From: an uncultured archaeon
Lineage (GTDB): Archaea > Hadarchaeota > Hadarchaeia > Hadarchaeales > WYZ-LMO6
Direction of reading: 5' to 3'
Assembly: GCA_938074535.1 (NCBI GenBank)
Contig: CALJER010000016.1
Location: 11,356 to 75,355, forward strand
DNA length: 64,000 nt
Positions 40,418 through 49,735 of the stretch are shown here, one piece after another. The position numbers and the translations under genes are program-made. Under the pieces are notes generated by a model. That model searched no databases. It saw only the letters and a program-made list of their open reading frames with translations, and had not been told where the DNA came from. Within the stretch, counting starts at the first letter, position 1, and every line of letters starts with the position of its first letter.

Positions 40418-41530
40418 TCAGGGCTCCAGGTTGAGCCCCAGCTCCTCTGCCTCCTCCACAGCCCTCTTGAACTCCTGTGGGCTGAGGAAGCGGTTTATCT
40501 CAGGATACTTCCCCGCCATGTAGCAGGGACGATACTGGGCCATCACGTTCACCCTCACCTCCCTCCCCAGGTTCTCCGCTATCCACCGGAGGACGGGGAA
40601 AGTACAACACTCGAGGTGCCCGGGCATCACGAGGTGGCGGATGAGGAGTTCGGCGTCTGAGCGGGCGGTGAGGTGGTTCCTCGTCACGGTCTCCCAGTAC
40701 CTGGATATGCCTGAGTACTTGCGGGCGCAGGAATCGTTCCCCCACTTGAAGTCCGCCAGATAGATATCCTGTGTACCCTTCAGGAGCTCCGCGCTCTGGG
40801 AGCTGTAGTACATGTTGGAGTTCCAGACCGAGCTCAAACGCCCCCCGTACTCCCTCAGGGTCTCCAGGATGAAGAGGAGATGGGGATCGGGATTACCCCC
40901 CACGAAGTTCACGTTCCTAGCTCCGTGCCTCTCGGCATCCGAGATGAGGGAGGAAAGCTCCCTAGGGGAGAGCTCCTCCCCCTCCTCCGGGTACTGGGAG
41001 ATGTCCCAGTTCTGGCAGAAGCAGCACCGGAAGGTGCAGCCGGAGAAGAAGACGGTGTAGGAAGGGACCAGCACGCTCTCCTCTCCGTAGTGCATGAATT
41101 CGGAGGCCAGTCTAGTCCTGCCCACTCCGCAGAACCCTCTTTCCCCCTCGAGCCTGTTGACACCGCACCGGTGCTCGCAGAGCCGGCAGGAGGAAAGGAG
41201 GCGCCTTGCCAGTTCCACCTTGAGGTCTAGGAGGGAGGATGCGGGCTTCTCCATCTCCTCCAGTTTCAACTTTCCCCCGTCCACAAGGCTCAGGAGTTTC
41301 CTGAAGTCCTCCAGGCAGAGGCCGTGGAGCCTCCAGAGTTCTTCCGTTTTCCAGGAGGGATCGAAGGGGGCGGGCACCCTCTTGCACACCTGGAACCTCG
41401 GGGGGAGTTCCCCCCTCAGCACCCTGAAGTACCTGGGGAAGGATCTCCTGGCCTTCTCGTCACCCAGCACGGAAAAAGCATCCGGCCTGAGGATTCTCCA
41501 CATCCCCCATTCACCGGTGGGGACATACAT
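40418..41530 (-). CDS. PflX-like radical SAM protein
   Basis: CRLCEHRCGVNR..G.CG, GCTFRCCFCQNWDIS, RHLVMPGH, QYRP. Confidence 0.9.
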   Translation of the reverse strand: MYVPTGEWGMWRILRPDAFSVLGDEKARRSFPRYFRVLRGELPPRFQVCKRVPAPFDPSWKTEELWRLHGLCLEDFRKLLSLVDGGKLKLEEMEKPASSLLDLKVELARRLLSSCRLCEHRCGVNRLEGERGFCGVGRTRLASEFMHYGEESVLVPSYTVFFSGCTFRCCFCQNWDISQYPEEGEELSPRELSSLISDAERHGARNVNFVGGNPDPHLLFILETLREYGGRLSSVWNSNMYYSSQSAELLKGTQDIYLADFKWGNDSCARKYSGISRYWETVTRNHLTARSDAELLIRHLVMPGHLECCTFPVLRWIAENLGREVRVNVMAQYRPCYMAGKYPEINRFLSPQEFKRAVEEAEELGLNLEP

Positions 41531-41564
41531 TTATAAAATGCTCTCAAGGAAAGACTTGAGCGAG

Positions 41565-42446
41565 ATGATCGTGGTTGGGGGTTCGGCCTCCAGGAAGCTC
41601 TCCTGGGAGATAGCGAGGGAGCTCAACTGCAGGCTCTCCCAACCCGAGGTCAAGTCCTTTCCTGACGGTGAGTTGTACGTAAGGATACCGGAGGACCTCT
41701 CAGGTGAGGAGGTGGTGGTCGTGCAGTCCACGCCTCCTCCCCAGAACCAGAACCTGATGGAGCTTTTCCTGCTGCTGGAGGCAGCCTCCGAGCAGGATGT
41801 CCGCAGTCTGAGGGCCGTGGTTCCCTATCTGGCGTACGCCCGCCAGGATAAGATCTTCAAGAAGGGTGAGGCCCTCAGCCTCAAGCTTGTCTGCAGGTTC
41901 ATAGAGAAAGCCGGGGCGGAGGAGGTGGTAGTGGTGGACATCCACGAAAGGGAGTCCCTCTCGCACTTTTCCGTCCCCGTGAAAAATGTTACGGCCGCCC
42001 CCCTCCTGGGTAGGTACTTCAGGGGAATGGGCCTCAGGGACCCCCTCTTCCTGGGTCCCGACGAAAAGGCCGTCCAGCAAGCCAGCAGGGCGGCCGAGGA
42101 GCTCGGAGCCTCCTTTGAATCCCTGAAGAAGGAAAGGCTCACCCCCGAGCTGGTGGTGACCTCGGGCAAGGAGCTCAGGGTAAGGGACAGGGACGCGGTG
42201 ATCATAGACGACATCATAAGCACGGGAGGCACGATAGCGGAGGCGGCCAAGATTTTGAAGAAGTGCGGGGCCAGAAGGATTTTCGCGGCCTGCACCCACC
42301 CTGTGCTCTCGGGAAACGCACTGCAGAAGATGAAGGACGCGGGCGTGGAGAGGGTGGTGGGAACCAACACCATAGAAAACTCCCACAGCTTGGTTTCGGT
42401 GGCTCCCGTCATCGTGGAAGGTCTCAGGCAGGCACGCCTTTCTTGA
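41565..42446 (+). CDS. prs: Ribose-phosphate pyrophosphokinase
   Basis: FPDGE, PYLAYARQD, DIH, PDEKA, IDDIISTGGT. Confidence 0.96.
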   Translation: MIVVGGSASRKLSWEIARELNCRLSQPEVKSFPDGELYVRIPEDLSGEEVVVVQSTPPPQNQNLMELFLLLEAASEQDVRSLRAVVPYLAYARQDKIFKKGEALSLKLVCRFIEKAGAEEVVVVDIHERESLSHFSVPVKNVTAAPLLGRYFRGMGLRDPLFLGPDEKAVQQASRAAEELGASFESLKKERLTPELVVTSGKELRVRDRDAVIIDDIISTGGTIAEAAKILKKCGARRIFAACTHPVLSGNALQKMKDAGVERVVGTNTIENSHSLVSVAPVIVEGLRQARLS

Positions 42447-42477
42447 GTTTTATAGCCTCCCCGTAGCTGGATAGGAT

Positions 42478-43497
42478 GTGAGGCTGGTCTTCTTCCTCTC
42501 CGGAGAGCATCCGCAGCTCCCTAGGGCGGAGGTCCTGGGGGCCCTGGAGGCGGAGGGAGCCACGGCCAGGGTGCTGGAGGCCTTCGACCAGGTGCTGGTG
42601 GTGGAAACAGAGGCCGATCCCGTGCGGGTGGCCTCCAGGCTGGGGATGTCCCATGAGGTGTGGGCGCATCTCTGCACCTCCAAGGTGGAGGAGCTGCTGG
42701 AGGCGGTGGCGAGCAGCGATGCGCTGGACCTGATACCGCACGGGAAGACCTTTGCGGTGAGGGTGAGGCGGGTGAGGAGGTCCTCCCCGCAGGTGGGGAG
42801 GGAAAAGCTTTCGAGGGAGGTGGCGGACATGTTGAGGAGGGAGGTGGGATTCAGGGTGGATCTGGAGAGGCCGGAGGTGGAGCTCTCCATAGCCCTAACC
42901 GAGGGAGTGGGGGTGGTGGGGATGAAACTTGCTTCCACCGCCAGGGGCCAGATGGGGAGCAGGAGGCCCAAGCACCGCATGGCCTTCCATCCCAGCACCC
43001 TCTCCCCCGCCTTGGCCAGATGCATGGTGAACCTCGCCAGAACTCCCAGGGGCGGCACCCTGCTGGACCCCTTCTGCGGGGTGGGGGGCATCCTCATAGA
43101 GGCCGGGCTGATGGGGATAAAGGTGGTGGGGGTGGACCTGGACCCGGAGATGGTGGAGAAGGCCAGGATGAACCTGGAGGGCTACGGAGTGAGGGATTTC
43201 AGGTTGAGGGTGGGCGATGCCTGTGAGTGGAGGGGTAGGAGGGTGGAGAGCGTGGTCACCGACCCCCCCTATGGAAGACAGGCCAGCACCTGGAAGAGGG
43301 GGTTGGAAGAGCTCTACCGGAGGGCCCTCCCCGTCCTGGCGGATGCCCTGAAGAAGGGGGGGCACATGTGTGTGACTTCTCCCTCCGAGCTGGACCTGGC
43401 CGAGATGGCGATGGAGGCTGGGCTGGAGGAGAGGGGAAGGTACGAGCAGAGGGTCCACCGGAGCCTCACCAGGAGGATTTACGTCTTCAGGAGGTGA
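42478..43497 (+). CDS. trm11: tRNA (guanine10-N2)-dimethyltransferase (THUMP + MTase; Trm11/TrmG10)
   Basis: LSGEHP, ARCMVNL, DPFCGVGG, TDPPYGR, VHRSLTR. Confidence 0.9.
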   Translation: MRLVFFLSGEHPQLPRAEVLGALEAEGATARVLEAFDQVLVVETEADPVRVASRLGMSHEVWAHLCTSKVEELLEAVASSDALDLIPHGKTFAVRVRRVRRSSPQVGREKLSREVADMLRREVGFRVDLERPEVELSIALTEGVGVVGMKLASTARGQMGSRRPKHRMAFHPSTLSPALARCMVNLARTPRGGTLLDPFCGVGGILIEAGLMGIKVVGVDLDPEMVEKARMNLEGYGVRDFRLRVGDACEWRGRRVESVVTDPPYGRQASTWKRGLEELYRRALPVLADALKKGGHMCVTSPSELDLAEMAMEAGLEERGRYEQRVHRSLTRRIYVFRR

Positions 43498-43501
43498 AAG
43501 C

Positions 43502-44422
43502 CTGAACCTCACCCTGAGCTTTCTGGGGACGGGCGGGAGCATTCCTTCCCCTTCCAGGAGCCTCCCCTGCCTCGCCGTCAGGAGGGGGGGTGAACTCCTC
43601 CTCTTCGACTGCGGGGAGGGAACGCAGGCTCAGATGATGAGGGCAGGCCTCAGCCCCCTCAAGGTGGATGCCGTGTTCATCTCCCATCTCCACGGTGATC
43701 ACTTCTTGGGGCTGGCAGGGCTGCTGCAGACGATGTCGCTCTTCGGGAGGGTCCGTCCCCTTGAGGTCTACGTCCCGCAGGGGGAGGAAGAGAGGATAAG
43801 GACCCTCGTGGGGCTGCCCCACTACACCCTGGAATTTGAGGTGAGGGTGAGGGGGCTCAAGGGGGGGGAGGAAGTGAGGAGGAGCGGCTACCGCCTCCTG
43901 ACCTCCCCCACCGTCCATGGAGTGGCGGGCCTGGTCTTTTCCCTCGAGGAGTTTCCCAGGCCCGGGAGGCTCGATCCGGAGAAGGCGGTGGAGCTGGGCG
44001 TGACCCCGGGTCCAGCCTTTTCCCTCCTCAAGGCCGGAAAGTCCGTACCCCTCCCGGGGGGGAGGGAGGTTAAACCGGAGGAGGTGCTTGGTCCCCCCCT
44101 TCCTGGCAGGAAGGTGGTGTACGCCGTTGACACCAGGCCGTCGGAGGATACGGTGGCCCTCGCCAGCGGGGCCGACGTGCTCATCCACGATTCCATGTTC
44201 GGAGAGGAGCACCTGGAGAAGGCGAGGGAAGGGGGGCACTCCACTTCCTCCGAGGCCGCCTGGGTGGCGAAGGAGGCAGGGGTGAAGCTGCTGGTTCTTA
44301 CCCACCTGAGCCCCAGGTACCAGGAGGCCACCCCCCTCCTGGAGCAGGCAAGGAAGATCTTCCCCAACACGATGGTGGCTGAGGACCTGATGTCGCTGGA
44401 GGTGCCGCTGCCGGGGGTTTAG
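43502..44422 (+). CDS. rnz: Ribonuclease Z; inferred CTG start
   Basis: In frame upstream of the ORF-track ATG: (M)NLTLSFLGTGGSIPSPSR...LFDCGEGTQ, followed by HLHGDH, DTRP, HST, THLSPRY. Confidence 0.93.
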   Translation: MNLTLSFLGTGGSIPSPSRSLPCLAVRRGGELLLFDCGEGTQAQMMRAGLSPLKVDAVFISHLHGDHFLGLAGLLQTMSLFGRVRPLEVYVPQGEEERIRTLVGLPHYTLEFEVRVRGLKGGEEVRRSGYRLLTSPTVHGVAGLVFSLEEFPRPGRLDPEKAVELGVTPGPAFSLLKAGKSVPLPGGREVKPEEVLGPPLPGRKVVYAVDTRPSEDTVALASGADVLIHDSMFGEEHLEKAREGGHSTSSEAAWVAKEAGVKLLVLTHLSPRYQEATPLLEQARKIFPNTMVAEDLMSLEVPLPGV

Positions 44423-44815
44423 ATGGGCTCTTGGAAGCAGGAGGGTGTCCTGCTTTTGTGGTTTCTGCCGGTAGTGGACCTCCTCGCCATGGAGAAAATC
44501 CTGCGCTACTACGCCGAGAAAGGGGTCCTGGTCCCGCGCTCCCACGCTAAGCTGGCCATGCTGGAGAGGTGGGTGGGCTATCTGCCCGCCGGCTTCCTGC
44601 TGGGCAGGTGGCTGGGGGCCCTGAGGGCCCTTTCCCTCTTCCTCCTCGGGGTGCTCCTGGGTGGCCCTGTGGAGGTCCTCCTCATGTGGAGGGGAAAGAC
44701 CCCATGGCCCTTCCTGAGGGGAAAGGGGGGAAAGCTGCTGGTGCGGATTTTCCTGCTGGAGGGCTACAACGTCTTGGGGTACTTTGCGCTGGGTCTTCTC
44801 TTGGGGGTTCTTTAG
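44423..44815 (+). CDS. Hypothetical membrane protein
   Basis: Hydrophobic 130 aa ORF abutting the rnz stop. Confidence 0.65.
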   Translation: MGSWKQEGVLLLWFLPVVDLLAMEKILRYYAEKGVLVPRSHAKLAMLERWVGYLPAGFLLGRWLGALRALSLFLLGVLLGGPVEVLLMWRGKTPWPFLRGKGGKLLVRIFLLEGYNVLGYFALGLLLGVL

Positions 44816-45237
44816 GCCCCCTTCCTCACCTCCTCCAGGGAGACCTCTCTGAGGGCCCTGCCTTCCTTAGTCCTAGGGGCGAGGTAGTCCAGCACCAGTT
44901 CAGGGCTCTTCGTCTCTACCACCACCCTGATGGGCCCCAGAGGCGTTTCGCCTTCCGTGAAGCTGACTTTTCCCACGAAGGCCGCCTGTTTGTTGAGCCA
45001 GAACTCCAGCCTTCCCTCCCCCCTGCCCCTGAGGAGGTAGTTCCTGGAGGAGTCCCTGATGGCCTGGAGGCGCAGGAGGTCCCTGAGGTGGGAGAGCACC
45101 CCCGGGTCCTCGGAGCTTCCCCTCACCCTCCCTTCCGCCCTTTCCAGAGGGAGGGAGGGGAAGAGGTTCTTCACGGCCCTCTCCACCTTGGAGGGGTCCT
45201 CGCTCGGCCTCACCTCAGCCTCCACCGAGACCCTCAT
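44812..45237 (-). CDS. COG1931/UPF0201 RNA-binding protein
   Basis: V.PSED..KVERAVKNLFP, LNKQAAFVG, PLGPI, LAPRT. Confidence 0.88.
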   Translation of the reverse strand: MRVSVEAEVRPSEDPSKVERAVKNLFPSLPLERAEGRVRGSSEDPGVLSHLRDLLRLQAIRDSSRNYLLRGRGEGRLEFWLNKQAAFVGKVSFTEGETPLGPIRVVVETKSPELVLDYLAPRTKEGRALREVSLEEVRKGA

Positions 45238-45787
45238 CCCTCAGCATCCCCCTGAAGAGTTCCTCGGCTTTCGTCCTGAGCTCCTCCAGGGTGCCCTCGT
45301 TGAGGAGGAGGCGGTCGGCGAGGGCTAGGGCGTTGCCAGCCCCCCACTCCAGTTCCCTCCTCTCCTTCTGCAGGAAGCGCTCGTAGTCGCCGGCGTCGTC
45401 CTCCCTTTTCCTGGAGGAGATCCTGGAGTATCTGAGGAGGGGACTGGACCACACACCCACCACCAGCAGGTCCCTCCCGAAGGCCTTCCTGAACTCCTCC
45501 ACTTCCTCAAGAGAGCGAATCCCGTCTACCACCACCACGCCCCTTTCCCTCAGTTTTTCCCTTATGATGGGAAGACACATTCTGGCCACCGCCCCCTTTC
45601 CCCCCATCTCCCTCAGCCTGCTGGCCACCTTCCCCACGTTCTCCTCGTTGACCTCCAGCCCCAGCCTCCTGGTTTCCGCAATCACCACCTCCCCCATGCG
45701 CAGGCAGGGAATGCCTAGGGAAAGGGCCACCTTTGCCACCTCCGTCTTGCCTGCGCCCTGCAGCCCCACCAGCCCCACCACCTTCAA
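45215..45787 (-). CDS. Archaeal dephospho-CoA kinase-like P-loop kinase (COG0237/UPF0200)
   Basis: GLQGAGKT, MGEVV, VDGIRS..E, R.RRELEWG. Confidence 0.85.
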   Translation of the reverse strand: MKVVGLVGLQGAGKTEVAKVALSLGIPCLRMGEVVIAETRRLGLEVNEENVGKVASRLREMGGKGAVARMCLPIIREKLRERGVVVVDGIRSLEEVEEFRKAFGRDLLVVGVWSSPLLRYSRISSRKREDDAGDYERFLQKERRELEWGAGNALALADRLLLNEGTLEELRTKAEELFRGMLRDEGLGGG

Positions 45788-45799
45788 GCAGCCACCGTC

Positions 45800-46111
45800 C
45801 TACGCGGCAGCGGGAGTTTCCTGGGTCTTCTCCCCCTCCGGGAGGGGGGAGATCGTCACCTCATCCTTGTGTTTGAGCTTGGTGTGGATGCCGGGAATGC
45901 GTCTCACCGGCCGGTTGTTGAGCAGCACTTGGTAGCTGTCGCTGAGCTCGCCCGTGGTTGGGTCCAGCACGCTCTCCACCACCCTAGGGTGCCTCCTCCC
46001 CAGCTTCATCAGGAGGGAGTCAAGGGTCTCCTCGTTGTCTATGGGGACCCTCACGCTTCCAGTTCCCGCTCTCTTGCCCAGGTCCCCCTGCAGGGTAACC
46101 ATCACATACAT
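45800..46111 (-). CDS. MoaD/ThiS/SAMP-like beta-grasp protein lacking C-terminal GG
   Basis: TLDSLL, YQVLLNNR, T.LKHKDEVTISP; ends PLPEGEKTQETPAAA. Confidence 0.75.
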   Translation of the reverse strand: MYVMVTLQGDLGKRAGTGSVRVPIDNEETLDSLLMKLGRRHPRVVESVLDPTTGELSDSYQVLLNNRPVRRIPGIHTKLKHKDEVTISPLPEGEKTQETPAAA

Positions 46112-46218
46112 CCTGTCGCCGACGGTTTTTGGACGCCTCTTCGTCTAGACACTCCCTCTGAGGTTGTACAGGTGAGAGTATTCCCAGCGCCATAAAAACT
46201 TTTCACGCCACCGCTTTC

Positions 46219-46237
46219 CCCAAAGCCTATATTTGGG
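46219..46237. promoter_or_regulatory. Inverted repeat CCCAAA-N7-TTTGGG spanning the arg operon TATA
   Basis: CCCAAAGCCTATATTTGGG, 22 nt before the argG ATG. Confidence 0.4.
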
Positions 46238-46259
46238 CACGGGCAGAAAAGTTGTTCGC

Positions 46260-47429
46260 ATGAAAGTCGTGCTGGGCTTCAGCGGCGGGCTCGACACGTG
46301 TGCTTGCCTGAAACTCCTTCAGGAGAAGTACGGCGCAGAGGTCATCACCGTGATCGTGGACGTGGGCCAGAGACCTGAACTCTTCCGGGTGGCGGAGGAG
46401 AGGGCAAGGAAGCTGGGAGCGGCTAAGCATGTGTACGTCGATGCCAAAGAGGAGTTCGTGAGGGAATACGTGTTCAGGAGCGTGAAGGCCAACGGATGCT
46501 ACGAGGGTTACCCCCTTTCCATTTCCCTGGCCCGATACCCAACCGCCAGCTGGCTGGCCAGAATAGCCCTGCGGGAAGGGGCGGAAGCGGTGGCCCACGG
46601 ATGCACCGGGAAGGGCAACGATCAGTTCAGGTTTGACCTGACTCTTTCCGCCCAGGCGCCGGGGCTGCGCATCATCGCTCCCATCAGGGAGCTCAATCTT
46701 ACGAGGGAGGCGGAGGTAGAATACCTGGGGAAGTGCGGTCTCCCCTTCCCCTCCACCCCCTACAGCGTGGACGAGAACCTCTGGGGCAGGTCCGTCGAGG
46801 GAAAAGAGCTGGAGGATCCCTCCCGACCCCCTCCCGAGGAGGCCTTCCAGCTCACCCGGAGCCCCGCCGAGGCCCCCAAGGAGCCCACCCTTGTGACGCT
46901 GGGTTTCGAGGGGGGGGTGCCGGTTTTCCTGAACGGGGAGCGCACGGAGGGGGTAAGGCTGATAAGGGAGCTCAACCTGCTGGCAGGTGCCTATGGTGTG
47001 GGAAGGATAGACGTGATGGAGGACAGGATCCTGGGCCTGAAGGCTAGGGAAGTGTACGAGGCCCCGGCCGCCACGGTGATCCTGGAGGCCCACAGGGCCC
47101 TGGAGGCCCTGGTCCTCACCCGTGAGGAGCTGGCAGTCAAGGAGCGGATGGACCGCAAGTGGAGCGAGATGGTCTACGGGGGTAGATGGTTCGATCCCCT
47201 CCGGGAGGATTTGGAGGCCTTCATAGAGGCCACCCAGCGCAGGGTCACGGGCGAGGTGAAGGTGGAGCTCCTGCCGGGGAGGGCGCAGGTGGTGGGCAGA
47301 TCCTCGCCCCACTCCCTCTACGACAGGGAGAGAGTGTCCTTCCACCTGCAGGGTTTCGACCAGAGGATGTCGGCCTCCGTCACCAAGTTCCATGGCCTGG
47401 ACGGAAGGATCCAGAGGATGAGGGGATGA
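46260..47429 (+). CDS. argG: Argininosuccinate synthase (canonical)
   Basis: FSGGLDT, HGCTGKGNDQFRF, YSVDENLWGRSVEG, EDR..GLKAREVYEAP. Confidence 0.95.
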   Translation: MKVVLGFSGGLDTCACLKLLQEKYGAEVITVIVDVGQRPELFRVAEERARKLGAAKHVYVDAKEEFVREYVFRSVKANGCYEGYPLSISLARYPTASWLARIALREGAEAVAHGCTGKGNDQFRFDLTLSAQAPGLRIIAPIRELNLTREAEVEYLGKCGLPFPSTPYSVDENLWGRSVEGKELEDPSRPPPEEAFQLTRSPAEAPKEPTLVTLGFEGGVPVFLNGERTEGVRLIRELNLLAGAYGVGRIDVMEDRILGLKAREVYEAPAATVILEAHRALEALVLTREELAVKERMDRKWSEMVYGGRWFDPLREDLEAFIEATQRRVTGEVKVELLPGRAQVVGRSSPHSLYDRERVSFHLQGFDQRMSASVTKFHGLDGRIQRMRG

Positions 47430-48454
47430 TCCGCGTTTCCCTGGTGGGGGTGGCGGGATACACGGGAGGGGAGCTCCTCAGGCTCCTCCTGAGGCACCCT
47501 GAGGTGGAGGTGGTGGGAGTGTTCGGAGAGGAGCACGCGGGCGCGCGCCTCGCGGATGTGCACCCTCATCTCTCGGGCGTGGTGGGGGAGGGAAGGGTGA
47601 TGAAACCGGATTACGACAGGCTGGGTTCCGAGTCGGACCTGGTCTTCATGGCCACTCCCAACGGCGTGGCGATGAAGGTAGTCCCCAGGATCCTGAAGGG
47701 GGGGGCCAAAGTGGTGGACCTCAGTGCCGACTACAGGTTCGAGGACGTGGGGGTTTACGAGAAATACTACACCAAGCACGAGAGCCCCGGAGTGAAGGGG
47801 GTCTACGGTCTCCCGGAGCTCCACAAGCAGGAGATAAGAAAGGCCGACTTGATTGCCAACCCGGGGTGCTACCCCACCGCGGCCATCCTGGCCCTGGCTC
47901 CCCTGATAAAGGGGAGGCTGGTGGAGTTCGACCGGGTGGTGGTGGATGCCATAAGCGGCACCTCCGGGGCCGGGAGGGGGCTGAGGGAGAACCTGCACCA
48001 TCCCGTCTGCGGGGAGAACGTCAGCGCCTACTCAGCCACCAGCCACCGCCACCTGCCCGAGATAAAGCAGGAGCTGGAGAGACTGGCGGGAGGAAGGGTG
48101 GATGTGTGCTTCACGCCTCACCTGGCTCCCGTGGTGAGGGGGATTCTCTGCACGTCCCACGTTTTCCTCAGGGAGAAGACCTCCAGAGGGGAACTGCTGA
48201 GGGTCTACAGGGAGTTTTACTCAGGTGAGCCCTTCGTGAGGGTGGTGGAGGGTCTTCCCGAGCTCAACTACGTGGTGGGCTCCAACTACTGCGACATAGG
48301 CCTGGAGGTTTCGGAGGAGGGGAGATGGGTGGTGGTGGTTTCCGCCATCGATAACCTCATGAAGGGGGGCTCCGGACAGGCCGTTCAGAACATGAACCTG
48401 AGGTTTGGGATGGAAGAGACGAAGGGACTGGAGGCCCTCCCCATGCGTCCGTGA
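47426..48454 (+). CDS. argC: N-acetyl-gamma-glutamyl-phosphate reductase
   Basis: GYTGGEL, DLSADYR, NPGCYPT, SGAG, HRHLPEI, DNLMKG. Confidence 0.95.
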   Translation: MIRVSLVGVAGYTGGELLRLLLRHPEVEVVGVFGEEHAGARLADVHPHLSGVVGEGRVMKPDYDRLGSESDLVFMATPNGVAMKVVPRILKGGAKVVDLSADYRFEDVGVYEKYYTKHESPGVKGVYGLPELHKQEIRKADLIANPGCYPTAAILALAPLIKGRLVEFDRVVVDAISGTSGAGRGLRENLHHPVCGENVSAYSATSHRHLPEIKQELERLAGGRVDVCFTPHLAPVVRGILCTSHVFLREKTSRGELLRVYREFYSGEPFVRVVEGLPELNYVVGSNYCDIGLEVSEEGRWVVVVSAIDNLMKGGSGQAVQNMNLRFGMEETKGLEALPMRP

Positions 48455-48458
48455 GAGG

Positions 48459-49685
48459 ATGGAACTGAAGAGGCTGAGGGGAGGGATCACGGAGCCGGAG
48501 GGCTTCTTGGCGGCGGGGGTGAGGGCGGGGGTGCGCTCCAAGGGTCTGGACCTCGCCCTCCTGAGCTGCGAGGAGGGTCCCGTCCCCTCCGCGGGTGCCT
48601 TCACCACCAACACCGTCAAGGCGGCCCCCGTCATCCTCACCATGAGGCACCTGCGCAGGGAGCGCAGGCTGGGGGCGGTCGTGGCGAACTCGGGTTGTGC
48701 CAATTCCTTCACGGGGGAGAGGGGTTTGAGGGATGCGGCCAGGATGGCTGGGCTGACGGCGGAGCTTCTGGGCCTCAAAGCCCATCAGGTGGGCGTGGCC
48801 TCCACCGGGATGATAGGGACCTACCTCCCCATGGAGAAGGTGGAGGCGGGGATAAGGGAAGCCGTGGCCAGACTCTCCCCTTCCAGGGAGGCCTCCCGCT
48901 CGGCCGCGCGGGCCATCCTCACCACCGACCGCTCCCCCAAGGAGGTGGCCGTGCACGTGGAGACGGAGGATGGTGTCCCCGTCACCATAGCGGGGATGGC
49001 CAAAGGGGCGGGCATGATACGCCCCAGGCTGAGGACGGCCACCATGCTGGTCTTTCTGACCACCGACGCCAGGGTGGACCCCCTCTTCCTCCGGTCCTCC
49101 CTCCAGGCCTCCGTGGACAGGAGCCTGAACATGATCACGGTGGACAACGACACCAGCACCAACGACATGGTTCTGGTGATGGCCAGCGGAAGGGCGGGAA
49201 ACGGGGAGCTGAGGGGCGACAGGAACTTCCAGCGCGGCCTGGACTTCGTCCTCACGGAACTGGCTAAGATGATCGTGAAGGGGGCCGAGGGGGCCACCAG
49301 GATGATGGAGGTGAGGGTGAAGGGCGCGAGGAGGGGGGAGGCCAGGAAAGCAGCCATGGCCGTGGCTGGCTCCAACCTGCTCAAGGCGGCGCTCTTCGGA
49401 GGAGATCCCAACTGGGGGAGGGTGGTGGCCGCGCTGGGGTACTCAGGAGCGCGCTTCAATCCAAGCAGGCTCACCCTGAAGGTGAAAAGCAGGAGGGGGG
49501 AGGCCACGCTGGTGGAAAGGGGCAAGCCCCTCGGCGGCCCAGAGCTTCCTGAGGCCGTGGAAGTGATGAAAGCCAGCGAGATCATTTTCGAGATAGACCT
49601 GGGGGAGGGGGAGGAGGAGGCCACGGCCTGGGGATGCGACCTGAGCCACGGCTACGTGAGGATCAACTCCCGGTACCGAACGTGA
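48459..49685 (+). CDS. argJ: Glutamate N-acetyltransferase
   Basis: FTTN, NSGCAN, STG.IG, KGAGMI...ATML, DTSTND, DPNWGR. Confidence 0.95.
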   Translation: MELKRLRGGITEPEGFLAAGVRAGVRSKGLDLALLSCEEGPVPSAGAFTTNTVKAAPVILTMRHLRRERRLGAVVANSGCANSFTGERGLRDAARMAGLTAELLGLKAHQVGVASTGMIGTYLPMEKVEAGIREAVARLSPSREASRSAARAILTTDRSPKEVAVHVETEDGVPVTIAGMAKGAGMIRPRLRTATMLVFLTTDARVDPLFLRSSLQASVDRSLNMITVDNDTSTNDMVLVMASGRAGNGELRGDRNFQRGLDFVLTELAKMIVKGAEGATRMMEVRVKGARRGEARKAAMAVAGSNLLKAALFGGDPNWGRVVAALGYSGARFNPSRLTLKVKSRRGEATLVERGKPLGGPELPEAVEVMKASEIIFEIDLGEGEEEATAWGCDLSHGYVRINSRYRT

Positions 49686-49692
49686 GGACCCA

Positions 49693-49706
49693 CCTTTAAA
49701 TAAAGG
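49693..49706 (+). promoter_or_regulatory. Internal promoter TATA (CCTTTAAATAAAGG) before argB
   Basis: AT-rich near-palindrome in the argJ-argB gap. Confidence 0.5.
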
Positions 49707-49735
49707 GGAGGAGTAGAAGAGGACCGGGTGATAGG

